Shown here piece after piece: positions 9,362 through 18,685 of a stretch of 35,443 nt of DNA (position 1 is the stretch's first letter; the number at the start of each line of letters is the position of its first letter). Source of the DNA: Victivallales bacterium (lineage in GTDB: Bacteria; Verrucomicrobiota; Lentisphaeria; Victivallales; UBA1829); assembly GCA_045639225.1 (NCBI GenBank), contig JAZUCR010000551.1:1-35443 (forward strand), written 5' to 3'. The notes under the pieces are model-generated. The model did no database searches. It had not been told where the DNA came from and worked only from the letters and a program-made list of their open reading frames with translations. Both the position numbers and the translations under genes were made by a program.

Positions 9362-11305
9362 ATGAATCAATACCATTGGACATTGTTATATCCTGGAATA
9401 TGGAGAGTGCAGACAGCACCCGATCCGGTTACGGTTACCGGCATGGCCGGAGCCAGTCCGTCTTCCGCACTTCAGAAAAAGAGTAAAACTGAATTTCCCG
9501 ATGGAGTAGATGTCCGGAAATCAGGCGGCTATGCGGTCATTCGCATCCCGCTTGGAGAGCGCGAACAGGTTTTCGGATGCGGCCTGCTGTTTCATGGCGT
9601 CATCAGCCGGAATAAGGTTTATCACCTGCGGGTGGATCACTCATCGGGCAGTGATAACGGCAGGGGCCACGCACCGATCCCGTTTGCCGTTACATCATCC
9701 GGGACCGGAATATTCTGCAATTCTCCTTATCCGGTGGATATTTACGTTGGGACTGCACAGCGTCTGGAAGATAAAAAGCTGGTCAGAGAACATGACCGCG
9801 CCACAGATCCGGACTGGACTTGCTATAATGCTCCGTTTTATATCGAAATGGCAGTTGCTGCCAACGAAGCGGAATTCATCCTGTTCCGCGGGGATGATCT
9901 GAAAGACTGCACCGCGAGATTCAATCTGTTCTGCGGCGGCGGATGCCTTCCGCCGAAATGGGGGTTCGGCGTATGGCACAGAACCAACATGTCCATGGCA
10001 GCTCAGGATATTCTGAACGTTGCGAAGGAATACCGCGATCATGATTTCCCGCTGTCGGTTCTCGGATTCGAACCTGGCTGGCAGAGCGGATCGTATCCAT
10101 GCACTTACGACTGGTCGGAGAAAAACTTTCCGGATCCTGCCGGACTGCTGGAGAAGTTGAAAAAACAGGGGATCAGAGTCAATCTCTGGGAAAATCCTTA
10201 TATTTCCGAACGGTCTTCGGTGTATCGGAAGATTCTGCCGTATTGCGGCAGTCATCTGGTCTGGTGCGGAGCGGTTCCGGATTATACGATCCCCGAGGCT
10301 CGTGAGATCCTCAAGGAACACCATCAGAAAACGCACTTCGATATCGGGGTCAGCGGATATAAACTGGATGAAAGCGACGGTTATGACGCATGGCTGTGGC
10401 CGGACCACACGGAATTCCCGTCCGGTCTGAGCGGATTGGCTGTCCGCAATACCTGCGGTCTGCTGTTCCAGAAACTGACTTATGACATTTATCACGGGAA
10501 TAACCAGCGGACTTACGGGTTGACCCGCTCCACGGCCGGCGGCGGTGTATCGTTCCCTTATGTGATTTACAATGACCGCTATGATTACAGCGAATTTATT
10601 GCCGGACTCTGTTCCTGCGGATTTACGGGAGCCTTGTGGTGTCCGGAACTGCGGAACGGATCGACTCCACTGGAATGGCTGAGGCGTTTCCAGCTGGCTG
10701 CATTATCTCCGGTCCTTCTGCTGAACGCCTGGGCCAATCATGCCACACCGTGGATGTTTCCGGAAGTGAAAAACGAGATCCGCGATGCAGTGACACTTCG
10801 GGAAAAACTTCTGCCGTATCTGTATTCTGCCTTTGCCCGGTATCATTTCGAAGGCATTCCGCCGTACCGCGCAGTATTTATGGATTACGGAATGTTCATC
10901 GAACAGAAAACCGGACAGGGAGAACTGGATCCGACCGAAAATCCATATCAGCTGGTAAAGAAAAATGATATTGCAGATCAGTTTATGGTCGGCGATTCCC
11001 TGATGGCGGCTCCCATGCCGATCGACCGAAATTCCAGAAACGTGATTTTCCCGCCGGGGAAATGGTATGATTTCCACTCCGGAGAATTCGTATCGGACGG
11101 AGGTGTTCTCGAGATCCGCCGCGGGGAAAAAGACCCGCTTCCGTTGTTTGTGCCGGACGGAGCCGTGGTTCCGCTGGATCAGAACGGAAGCATCGAGATC
11201 CGGAAGTTCGGCACGAAACCCGGCAAATTCATGCTTTATGAAGATGACGGGGAAACTTTCGGTTACGAGCAGGGCGAATATCATTGGACTGAGCTGAAAG
11301 CATGA
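9362..11305 (+). CDS. Glycoside hydrolase family 31 (alpha-glycosidase)
   Basis: PPKWGFGVW, FPDPAGLLEKLKKQGIRVNLWENPYI, nucleophile region GYKLDESDG, LREKLLPYLYS, DQFMVGDSLMAAP, and LYEDDGET. Confidence 0.93.
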   Translation: MNQYHWTLLYPGIWRVQTAPDPVTVTGMAGASPSSALQKKSKTEFPDGVDVRKSGGYAVIRIPLGEREQVFGCGLLFHGVISRNKVYHLRVDHSSGSDNGRGHAPIPFAVTSSGTGIFCNSPYPVDIYVGTAQRLEDKKLVREHDRATDPDWTCYNAPFYIEMAVAANEAEFILFRGDDLKDCTARFNLFCGGGCLPPKWGFGVWHRTNMSMAAQDILNVAKEYRDHDFPLSVLGFEPGWQSGSYPCTYDWSEKNFPDPAGLLEKLKKQGIRVNLWENPYISERSSVYRKILPYCGSHLVWCGAVPDYTIPEAREILKEHHQKTHFDIGVSGYKLDESDGYDAWLWPDHTEFPSGLSGLAVRNTCGLLFQKLTYDIYHGNNQRTYGLTRSTAGGGVSFPYVIYNDRYDYSEFIAGLCSCGFTGALWCPELRNGSTPLEWLRRFQLAALSPVLLLNAWANHATPWMFPEVKNEIRDAVTLREKLLPYLYSAFARYHFEGIPPYRAVFMDYGMFIEQKTGQGELDPTENPYQLVKKNDIADQFMVGDSLMAAPMPIDRNSRNVIFPPGKWYDFHSGEFVSDGGVLEIRRGEKDPLPLFVPDGAVVPLDQNGSIEIRKFGTKPGKFMLYEDDGETFGYEQGEYHWTELKA

Positions 11306-11331
11306 AATATATGGGAGTGTAAACGGGGAAA

Positions 11332-12540
11332 ATGATAGAGATCACCAGTCATCGTCAGGGTGCGATCCTGAACCACAATCATGGAACGGAAACCGCACGA
11401 AGTCTCAAGATCACCGTTCAGGGCATCTCCGGATCGGGCCGTCCGGTCAAAGTCAACGGCATTCCCGCCCGGATGGACGGACGGAATTTTTCGGCGGAAA
11501 TCGAACTGACCGGAAAGGTGAATACCGTAACCGCCTCGGTCATGACTCCGTACGGTGTCTATTCGCAGGAACTGCAGCTGATGTGGGACAAGCAGTCCTT
11601 CCGGCGGTATCACTGCTATATCGACGACCACAGTTTCGTTTTCACCGAACTGACCCGGCAGCGTCCGAAACACGCTTTCGATCATTTCTACCTCGCCGGG
11701 CTGAAGAAGATCCACGATGAAACCGGATTCAAAGTGACGCTGAACTCATTTTACCGGAACGACCACGACAAGGACGGTTTTCTGCTGAAGGAAATGCCCG
11801 ATGTATGGAAATCGGAATTCGAGGAGAATTCCGGCTGGCTGAAATTTTCGTTCCACTCCTACAGCGAATTTCCGGACCGTCCGTATCTGGAAGCCTCGGC
11901 GGAAGAATTCGGCCATGATTACGATCTGGTCAGGGACGAGATCATCCGTTTCGCCGGAGAAAATGCGTTCACACCTCCGATCGTCATTCACTGGGGCAGC
12001 ATCCATCCTGCCGCCGCGACGGAACTGATCCGGCGGGGCACGAACTGCTATAATTACACATTCCGGCCCAAAGTCTCCGGCGGTCCCAGTCTGGCCGAAC
12101 GCATGAACGGCGGCGATATGAACCGGGTGCAGAAACGGTCGCTCTCGGGCGAAGACAGGGACGCCTCCACCGAAGGATTGAAAATGCACTATGAACGTCC
12201 GGATGAGGCAGATTATCTCAAGCGGCATTCAGCCTGTTATGATCCGTCACTGGGACTGATCTTCATTTACGGCTGCGGGATCTGCTGCAATCTGGTGCCG
12301 CTGGCGGAGATCCCGAAACGGTTCGAAGCCGCGCTGCGGACTGCCGAACGAAACGGCGTCGAGACCTTGAAATTCGCCAGCCACGAACAATATACCTTCC
12401 CGAGTTATCCGAACTATCTGCCGGACCACATGGAACGGATCGCGTTGACGGCCCGTCTGTTTGCGGAAAACGGTTTCGAACCGGTTTTCTTCAACGACGG
12501 CCTGCTGGGCAATCCGGCGTGGGGGCGGAATGAGAAATGA
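11332..12540 (+). CDS. Hypothetical protein: N-terminal Ig-like domain plus possible NodB/polysaccharide-deacetylase-like barrel
   Basis: About 85-aa beta-sandwich (ITVQGISG...VKVNG...FSAEIEL.GKVNTVTA), then YIDD, FHSYSE, HWG and SHEQY motifs reminiscent of metal-dependent deacetylase folds. Confidence 0.6.
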   Translation: MIEITSHRQGAILNHNHGTETARSLKITVQGISGSGRPVKVNGIPARMDGRNFSAEIELTGKVNTVTASVMTPYGVYSQELQLMWDKQSFRRYHCYIDDHSFVFTELTRQRPKHAFDHFYLAGLKKIHDETGFKVTLNSFYRNDHDKDGFLLKEMPDVWKSEFEENSGWLKFSFHSYSEFPDRPYLEASAEEFGHDYDLVRDEIIRFAGENAFTPPIVIHWGSIHPAAATELIRRGTNCYNYTFRPKVSGGPSLAERMNGGDMNRVQKRSLSGEDRDASTEGLKMHYERPDEADYLKRHSACYDPSLGLIFIYGCGICCNLVPLAEIPKRFEAALRTAERNGVETLKFASHEQYTFPSYPNYLPDHMERIALTARLFAENGFEPVFFNDGLLGNPAWGRNEK

Positions 12541-12576
12541 GAGACTCTCACAGCTGACCGCCGGACAGTAAGCGGA

Positions 12577-14946
12577 TCACTGTTTTGGTTTCCCCGGCCC
12601 GGTTACCTGCAGTTCTGTGGCTTTGCCGAACGACGGTTCCTGAGTGGTCTTTTCGAGATACTGGATCAGCCGATCGTAATCGCAGACGACCACGAAATAC
12701 ATATTGAAAACAGTCAGATGCGCGAACGAATAGATCCGCTTTTTTCCGTTTTCGGGGATGATGAAAGTTCCGAAATCGCGGTTCCGCTTCAGGATCCGGT
12801 AACGGACTTCCGGGGTTCCGAAACGCTGCGCCTTGTAGACGGCATGCTCATGAAATTTTTCCGGATCGAATTTCTTGTTGAAGAAATGGGATTTCGTGGA
12901 GAAAACGACTTCGCCGTTCAGATTGATGACCGCTTTTTCGAGCACATAATTTCCGGTATTGCCTTTTTCGATGATGCTGTTGGTCAGCTTGTTGACCGAA
13001 ACATCCGCTCCGACGACGCCGCGGAATTTGCCCTGCAGATCGTAAATCGGCACGGAACACGGCATGGAAAGACCCGAAATGGATTCCGCATCCATATATG
13101 GCTGGCTCCAGAAAGGTCCGTTCTTCTTGTAGGCATCCTGATACCAGGAACGTTTTCTGGGATCGATCGCCCGGGGGTAGTTGCCCCGCCAGGGATAAAG
13201 CAGTTTGACACCCTCGATGGAGCCGATATAGACCGCCCGGATCGGCAATCCCTGATAAAGATACGCCGTTTTCAGTTTTTCATAGTCCTTCTTGTCGAAG
13301 GCGAAACCGGAAGTGCTGCCCAGCACGAGATTTTTCATTTTGGTCAGAACCGGATAAATCTGCTCGATGAATTGGGTGCACTTGACCGGATCGGCATCGG
13401 GAGCAAAGGTATAGATCCCGTAATCCAGACTGATCATCCGTTTGTAATACGGGGAATAGAACATGCCGAGCTCGGTTTTGCCGATCTTGCTCATGGTAGG
13501 CCGGAAATAACGCTTCCAGTCGTCTTTCCCGGTGGCCGTATTGTAACTGAGCAGATAAGCCGAGATCCGCGCCAACGCCGAAAGCTGTTCCTGAATGTAA
13601 AGCGCCGTCACATTCAGATGGTTCGACACGGTTCCCATCCGGTTGTAGGTGTAATTCATGGCGCGCCGCTGGAGAGTCATTTCCCTGATGGTCTGCAGCT
13701 GACTGTAGATTGCGTACGCGGTTATAGCAGCGGATCCGAACAGGATCGCCATGAGGGCGACCAGGAATTCTTTCCGGTAACGGTATGACTGGCGTGTGAG
13801 TTTCGAAAAGAATGTGTCCGGACAGGCCGTGACCGAAAGTCCGCCCATATAGCGGCGCAGGTCTTCGGCAAGCTCGGCGACCGACTGATACCGGTCACTG
13901 GGCCGGTAGGCGGTCGCTTTCTGGATGATCGCTTTGAGCGGTTTGTCGATCCGCCAGTGGAAAAGGTGTTCGACCGGTTCCAGTTCTCCGTTCATGATCC
14001 GGTCCATAAATTCTTTTTCGGTTTTCCCCTTGACGGCGAACTGGAGGGTCACGATCTCCTGGAGGATCAGGCCCAGGGTAAAGAGGTCGGAACGCTCGTC
14101 GCAGCGTTTCCCGAGCAGGGCTTCCGGGGGAAAATAACGGGGAGTTCCGGTGACTTTTTCGCTGTTCGAAGTATCGGTATCGGTTGCTTTCGGAATCACG
14201 CGCGCCAGGCCCCAGTCCATCACATAGACTTCCATGAATTCGCCGAGCATGATGTTTTCGGGCTTCAGATCGCGGTGCATGATGTTCCGGTGATGGGCAT
14301 AATCGATGGCATCGCAGACGCGGAGGAAAATTTCCAGCCGTTTCCGCAGCAGGGCAGCCTCGTCGAAAGACTTGATCCCTTTGATCCGGTAATTCAGCGC
14401 CAGGTTTCTCAGATAATCCCGCAGCGTCTTGCCGTTGACCAGTTTCATGCTCAGGTGAACATCGTTTTTCCCGTCGCAGGTCAAGCCGTAGATCGGGATG
14501 ATCCCGGGATGGTCCAGCTGGGCGGTCACTTTGGCTTCCGAAACGAATGCATCCACCGTGTCGCCGCTTTTTTTGGCTTCATCGCGGAGCGATTTGATCG
14601 CCACGATGCGGCGCAGATTCCGGTCGCGGGCCACGGAGACCGTGGCATGGCCGCCTTTGGCGAGTTCCTCCAGCACGGAATAACGGGTTTCCAGATTGCT
14701 CAGCGGAGCGGGCAGCACCGCGGTCGTGTCCGGATCTTCACTCGTATAATGCGAAAGGTCTGCTCCGCCGATGATGTCTTCCACTTCCTGTTTTTTCCGG
14801 CCGAAGCGGGAAGTGAGCTTATGCAGCGGAGTCGAATGGGAACTCTGCTTCCGGCTAGGCCGCTCTACCACGACTGTCCGGTTGAATTCATCGGTATCCG
14901 GCAGAAATGGATCATCAGGCGGAGTTTTTCTCGGATTTTCATCCAT
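12577..14946 (-). CDS. Hanks-type Ser/Thr protein kinase with one TM helix and a C-terminal extracytoplasmic dCache domain
   Basis: AKGGHATV, VAIK, HRDLKPEN, DWGLA and GTPRYFPPE kinase motifs. TM FLVALMAILFGSAAITAYAIY. Cache signature DPRKRSWY...WSQPYMD...GVVGADV. Confidence 0.9.
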   Translation of the reverse strand: MDENPRKTPPDDPFLPDTDEFNRTVVVERPSRKQSSHSTPLHKLTSRFGRKKQEVEDIIGGADLSHYTSEDPDTTAVLPAPLSNLETRYSVLEELAKGGHATVSVARDRNLRRIVAIKSLRDEAKKSGDTVDAFVSEAKVTAQLDHPGIIPIYGLTCDGKNDVHLSMKLVNGKTLRDYLRNLALNYRIKGIKSFDEAALLRKRLEIFLRVCDAIDYAHHRNIMHRDLKPENIMLGEFMEVYVMDWGLARVIPKATDTDTSNSEKVTGTPRYFPPEALLGKRCDERSDLFTLGLILQEIVTLQFAVKGKTEKEFMDRIMNGELEPVEHLFHWRIDKPLKAIIQKATAYRPSDRYQSVAELAEDLRRYMGGLSVTACPDTFFSKLTRQSYRYRKEFLVALMAILFGSAAITAYAIYSQLQTIREMTLQRRAMNYTYNRMGTVSNHLNVTALYIQEQLSALARISAYLLSYNTATGKDDWKRYFRPTMSKIGKTELGMFYSPYYKRMISLDYGIYTFAPDADPVKCTQFIEQIYPVLTKMKNLVLGSTSGFAFDKKDYEKLKTAYLYQGLPIRAVYIGSIEGVKLLYPWRGNYPRAIDPRKRSWYQDAYKKNGPFWSQPYMDAESISGLSMPCSVPIYDLQGKFRGVVGADVSVNKLTNSIIEKGNTGNYVLEKAVINLNGEVVFSTKSHFFNKKFDPEKFHEHAVYKAQRFGTPEVRYRILKRNRDFGTFIIPENGKKRIYSFAHLTVFNMYFVVVCDYDRLIQYLEKTTQEPSFGKATELQVTGPGKPKQ

Positions 14947-14981
14947 ATGTTTCTAATATGTCCTTATTTTTATCTGCCTGA

Positions 14982-15009
14982 AATATACTAGCTTTTCGGA
15001 TTTTTTCAA
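14982..15009 (-). promoter_or_regulatory. Putative promoter of the kinase gene
   Basis: - strand TTGAAA(15009-15004)-N16-TATATT(14987-14982), about 35 nt upstream of the ATG at 14946. Confidence 0.5.
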
Positions 15010-15212
15010 GTCCCGGAAACGCAAATAACGGCATTTTCATCAGTACGGCGGACGCTTTCCGTGCCGGACTGTCCGGCGGATCGGCCCGCTTTTCGTTTTC
15101 CGGATCACTTTTTCCGGACTTTTTGCGGATTCTCTCTTGTATAATCCGCCCGGAAGGAGTAAATTACGGAATGATTTTTCCACATCAACCAAAAACAAAA
15201 AGGAAATCAAAG

Positions 15213-16871
15213 ATGAACAACGTTGTTTCCCCGATCCAGAAAGCCCGTCTTGCCTACGCACCGAAACTGCCCGCCGCCCTCCGCGCCGGCGCCAATGTGA
15301 AATGCGAAGAAGGGCCGAAACAGAAGGCTTTCGCCGATACCGAAAAAATCGAAGCCCGTTTCCCGAATACCAGCAACATGCCCGTGCTGACCTTCGGAGC
15401 AGCTTCCGGCGCCGCCGCCAAACCGATCAACGTGGCCGTGATCCTCTCCGGCGGCCAAGCCCCCGGCGGACACAACGTCATCGCCGGTCTGTTCGACGGT
15501 CTCAAGAGCCTCAACCCGGCTTCCAAACTCTACGGCTTCAAAGGCGGACCGAGCGGTCTGACCGACAATAAATACATCGAAATCACCGCCGATTTCCTGG
15601 CCGGTTTCCGCAACACCGGCGGTTTCGACATGATCGGTTCCGGCCGTACCAAACTCGAAACTCCCGAACAGTTCGAAAAAGCCGAAGCCAACTGCAAAGC
15701 GCTCGGTATCACCGCCATCGTCATCATCGGCGGCGACGATTCCAACACCAACGCCTGCCTGCTGGCTGAATACTACAAGGCCAAAAACGCCGGCATCATC
15801 GTGGTCGGCTGCCCGAAAACCATCGACGGCGACCTGAAGAACGCCTTCATCGAGACTTCTTTCGGTTTCGATACCGCCACCAAGGTTTACAGCGAACTGA
15901 TCGGCAATATCGAACGCGACGCCAACTCCGCCAAGAAATACTGGCACTTCATCAAGCTGATGGGCCGTTCCGCCTCCCATATCGCGCTGGAATGCGGTCT
16001 CCGCACCCAGGCGAACATCACGCTGATCTCCGAGGAAGTCGCCGCGAAGAAACAGACCCTCGACCAGGTCGTCACCACCATCGCTGATTCCGTGGCGAAA
16101 CGCGCCGCCAACGGCGAAAACTTCGGCGTCGCCCTGATCCCCGAAGGTCTGATCGAATTCATTCCGGACTTCAAGGTCCTGATCGCCGAACTCAATGACA
16201 TTCTGGCGAAAGACGCCGAAGCCTATGCGGCAATCACCGAAAACGACAAGAAAGCCGCTTTCATTCTGGGCAAACTCACCGAAAAATCCGCGGCGGTCTT
16301 CGCTTCCCTGCCGATGGAAATCAAAATGCAGCTGACCATGGACCGCGACCCCCACGGCAACGTCCAGGTCTCCCGGATCGAAACCGAAAAACTGCTCACC
16401 CAGCTGGTCAAAGCCAAACTCGACGGCTGGAAGAAGGAAGGCAAATTCGTCGGCAAGTTCTCCACCCAGACTCACTTCTTCGGATATGAAGGCCGCTGCT
16501 CCATGCCGTCCAACTTCGACGCCGATTACTGCTACAGCCTCGGTTTCAACGCCGCCGCAATCATCAGCACGGGCAAGACCGGTTACATGTCCTCGGTCCG
16601 CAATCTGATCGCCCCGGCCGAAAAATGGATCGCCGGTGCCATTCCGCTGACCGCCATGATGAACATGGAACACCGTCACGGCGAAGACAAGCCGGTGATC
16701 AAGAAAGCGCTGGTCGAGCTCGACGGCGCCCCGTTCAAGATGCTGGCGGCCAACCGCGACAAATGGGCGGTGGAAACCAGCTACGTCTATCCCGGCCCGA
16801 TCCAGTTCTTCGGCCCGTCCGAAGTCGCCGACATCACCACGATCACGCTCGCGCTCGAGAAGGGAAAATAA
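15213..16871 (+). CDS. pfp: Pyrophosphate-dependent phosphofructokinase (diphosphate--fructose-6-phosphate 1-phosphotransferase)
   Basis: SGGQAPGGHNV, GGDDSN and PKTIDGD (PPi-type signature), MGRSASH, GYEGR. Start placed at ATG 15213 after AAGGA. Codon bias typical of a highly expressed gene. Confidence 0.95.
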   Translation: MNNVVSPIQKARLAYAPKLPAALRAGANVKCEEGPKQKAFADTEKIEARFPNTSNMPVLTFGAASGAAAKPINVAVILSGGQAPGGHNVIAGLFDGLKSLNPASKLYGFKGGPSGLTDNKYIEITADFLAGFRNTGGFDMIGSGRTKLETPEQFEKAEANCKALGITAIVIIGGDDSNTNACLLAEYYKAKNAGIIVVGCPKTIDGDLKNAFIETSFGFDTATKVYSELIGNIERDANSAKKYWHFIKLMGRSASHIALECGLRTQANITLISEEVAAKKQTLDQVVTTIADSVAKRAANGENFGVALIPEGLIEFIPDFKVLIAELNDILAKDAEAYAAITENDKKAAFILGKLTEKSAAVFASLPMEIKMQLTMDRDPHGNVQVSRIETEKLLTQLVKAKLDGWKKEGKFVGKFSTQTHFFGYEGRCSMPSNFDADYCYSLGFNAAAIISTGKTGYMSSVRNLIAPAEKWIAGAIPLTAMMNMEHRHGEDKPVIKKALVELDGAPFKMLAANRDKWAVETSYVYPGPIQFFGPSEVADITTITLALEKGK

Positions 16872-16874
16872 GTC

Positions 16875-17186
16875 ATGGCGGCCTCGTCAAAAGGAATTGA
16901 TGTGGCTCATATCGCGGCTCTGGCGCGGCTCAAGCTTTCGCCGGAGGCCGCGGCGAAACTCGCCGGGGAAATGGAAAACATTGTCGGCTATGTCGAAATG
17001 CTTTCCGAACTGGATGTTTCCGGAATTGAGCCGACCGCACATGCCGTGCCGCGTTCCAATGTGATCCGCGACGATGTGCCCGGCACTTCGTTCCCGCATG
17101 ACCTCATGCTGGCGAATGCCCCCGCTACCGTCGATCAGGAACTCGTCAAGGTCCCCCAGGTCCTGGCGGAAGAAGGGATGGCATGA
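16875..17186 (+). CDS. gatC: Asp-tRNA(Asn)/Glu-tRNA(Gln) amidotransferase subunit C
   Basis: VAHIAALARLKL...IVGYVEMLSELDVSGIEPTAH...RDD...LANAP...KVPQV. Immediately upstream of gatA. Confidence 0.93.
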   Translation: MAASSKGIDVAHIAALARLKLSPEAAAKLAGEMENIVGYVEMLSELDVSGIEPTAHAVPRSNVIRDDVPGTSFPHDLMLANAPATVDQELVKVPQVLAEEGMA

Positions 17187-18664
17187 TGGATCCGAAAACT
17201 CTTACCATGGCCGCTGCGGCGCAGCTCCTCGCCGAAAAGAAGATCTCCTCCGCGGAACTCTGCCAGGCTTATCTGGACCGGATCGCCGCTCTGGAGCCGA
17301 AAGTCGCCGCCCTGCTCTCCATCGATCCGGAGGCGGTGCTGGCACAGGCGAAGGAATCCGATGCGCGCCGGGCTGCCGGCAAGGCGCTCGGTCCGTTCGA
17401 CGGCGTGCCGGTCACGATCAAGGACAATATCGCGGTGAAGGGGCAGCCCTGCACCTGCGCTTCCAAAATCCTGCAGGGATTCGTTTCCCCCTACGATGCC
17501 ACGGTCATCACCAAACTGAAGGCCGCCGGCATGGTCCTGACGGGACGCGCCAACATGGACGAATTCACAATGAATTCCTCCTGCGAGAACAGCGCCTATC
17601 AGAAGACCCGCAATCCGTGGAACACCGACTGTGTGCCCGGCGGTTCCAGCGGCGGTTCGGCAGCGGCTGTTTCGGCCGGTGGAACCGTGATCGCACTCGG
17701 GTCCGATACCGGCGGTTCCATCCGTCAGCCCGCCTCGTTCTGCGGCATCGTCGGACTCAAACCCACCTACGGACGGGTCTCCCGGTTCGGTCTGGTCGCT
17801 TTCGCTTCCTCGCTGGACCAGATCGGTCCGATGAGCAAGGATGTCACCGATTCGGCGCTGATGCTGGATCTGATCGCCGGACAGGACGGACACGACACGA
17901 CCAGTCTGCCCGCGGCAATTCCGGAAGGCGGTTTCGCCGCCGCGCTCAAGGATTTCCAGCCGTCTCTGAAAGGCATGAAGATCGGTCTGCCGAAAGAATA
18001 TTTCGAGGTCGAAGGCGTCGCTCCCGGCGTGAAGAAAGTCACCGCGGACGCGATCGAGACCCTGAAATCACTCGGCGCGGAATTCGTGGACATCTCCCTG
18101 CCCCACACCAAATATTCGATGGCGTGCTATTACATCATCGCGCCGGCGGAAGCCAGCGCCAACCTGGCGCGTTTCGACGGCATCCGCTACGGCTACCGCA
18201 GTCCCAATGCCAACGACATCCTTTCCACTTATCAGGATTCGCGCGGCGAAGGGTTCGGGCCGGAAGTGATCCGCCGGATCATGCTCGGCACCTACGTGCT
18301 GTCCAGCGGGTATTACGATGCGTATTATGTGCGGGCGCAGAAAGTGCGCACGCTGATCCGGAAGGATTTCACCGATGCCTTCGAAAAATGCGACGTGATC
18401 TTCACGCCGGTGACTCCGGCGACCGCATTCAAGTTCGGCGAAAAATCCGACCCGATGCAGATGTATCTTTCGGACGTGTTCACGACCGCGCTGAATCTGG
18501 CGGGCAACTGCGGCATCAGCGTGCCGGCGGGACTCGATCCGGATACGCACATGCCCAGCGGCATCCAGCTGATCGCGCCCTCGCTGGCGGAAGACCGGCT
18601 GTTCAAAGCCGCCCGCGCCTTCGAAATGAGCCGTCCGGAAAAAGAGATCGTTTCTCCGCTGTAA
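17183..18664 (+). CDS. gatA: Asp-tRNA(Asn)/Glu-tRNA(Gln) amidotransferase subunit A
   Basis: Amidase signature IKDNI, GGSSGGSAAAV, GSDTGGSIRQPA. GatA-specific EASANLARFDGIRYG and RRIMLGTYVLSSGYYDAYY. Confidence 0.96.
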   Translation: MMDPKTLTMAAAAQLLAEKKISSAELCQAYLDRIAALEPKVAALLSIDPEAVLAQAKESDARRAAGKALGPFDGVPVTIKDNIAVKGQPCTCASKILQGFVSPYDATVITKLKAAGMVLTGRANMDEFTMNSSCENSAYQKTRNPWNTDCVPGGSSGGSAAAVSAGGTVIALGSDTGGSIRQPASFCGIVGLKPTYGRVSRFGLVAFASSLDQIGPMSKDVTDSALMLDLIAGQDGHDTTSLPAAIPEGGFAAALKDFQPSLKGMKIGLPKEYFEVEGVAPGVKKVTADAIETLKSLGAEFVDISLPHTKYSMACYYIIAPAEASANLARFDGIRYGYRSPNANDILSTYQDSRGEGFGPEVIRRIMLGTYVLSSGYYDAYYVRAQKVRTLIRKDFTDAFEKCDVIFTPVTPATAFKFGEKSDPMQMYLSDVFTTALNLAGNCGISVPAGLDPDTHMPSGIQLIAPSLAEDRLFKAARAFEMSRPEKEIVSPL

Positions 18665-18685
18665 GCAACGAAAGGGACCGATGTC

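Noticed and set aside
15040-15130. GCCGGAC-T-GTCCGGC palindrome and TTTTCCGGA repeats upstream of pfp
   Set aside because: CCGGA is very frequent throughout the window, so these cannot be told apart from background.
15123-15212. N-terminal extension of pfp from TTG 15123
   Set aside because: The RBS and the onset of codon bias point to ATG 15213. The extension covers promoter/UTR-like sequence (TATAAT at 15140).
15207-16679. 490-aa antisense ORF over pfp, and similar long antisense or alternate-frame ORFs at 12718-13788, 13957-14991, 17074-18948, 20605-22263, 22288-23433, 23482-25182, 26266-27372 and 28514-29953
   Set aside because: Shadow ORFs expected from GC-rich codon bias. They overlap well-supported genes and contain no recognisable motifs.
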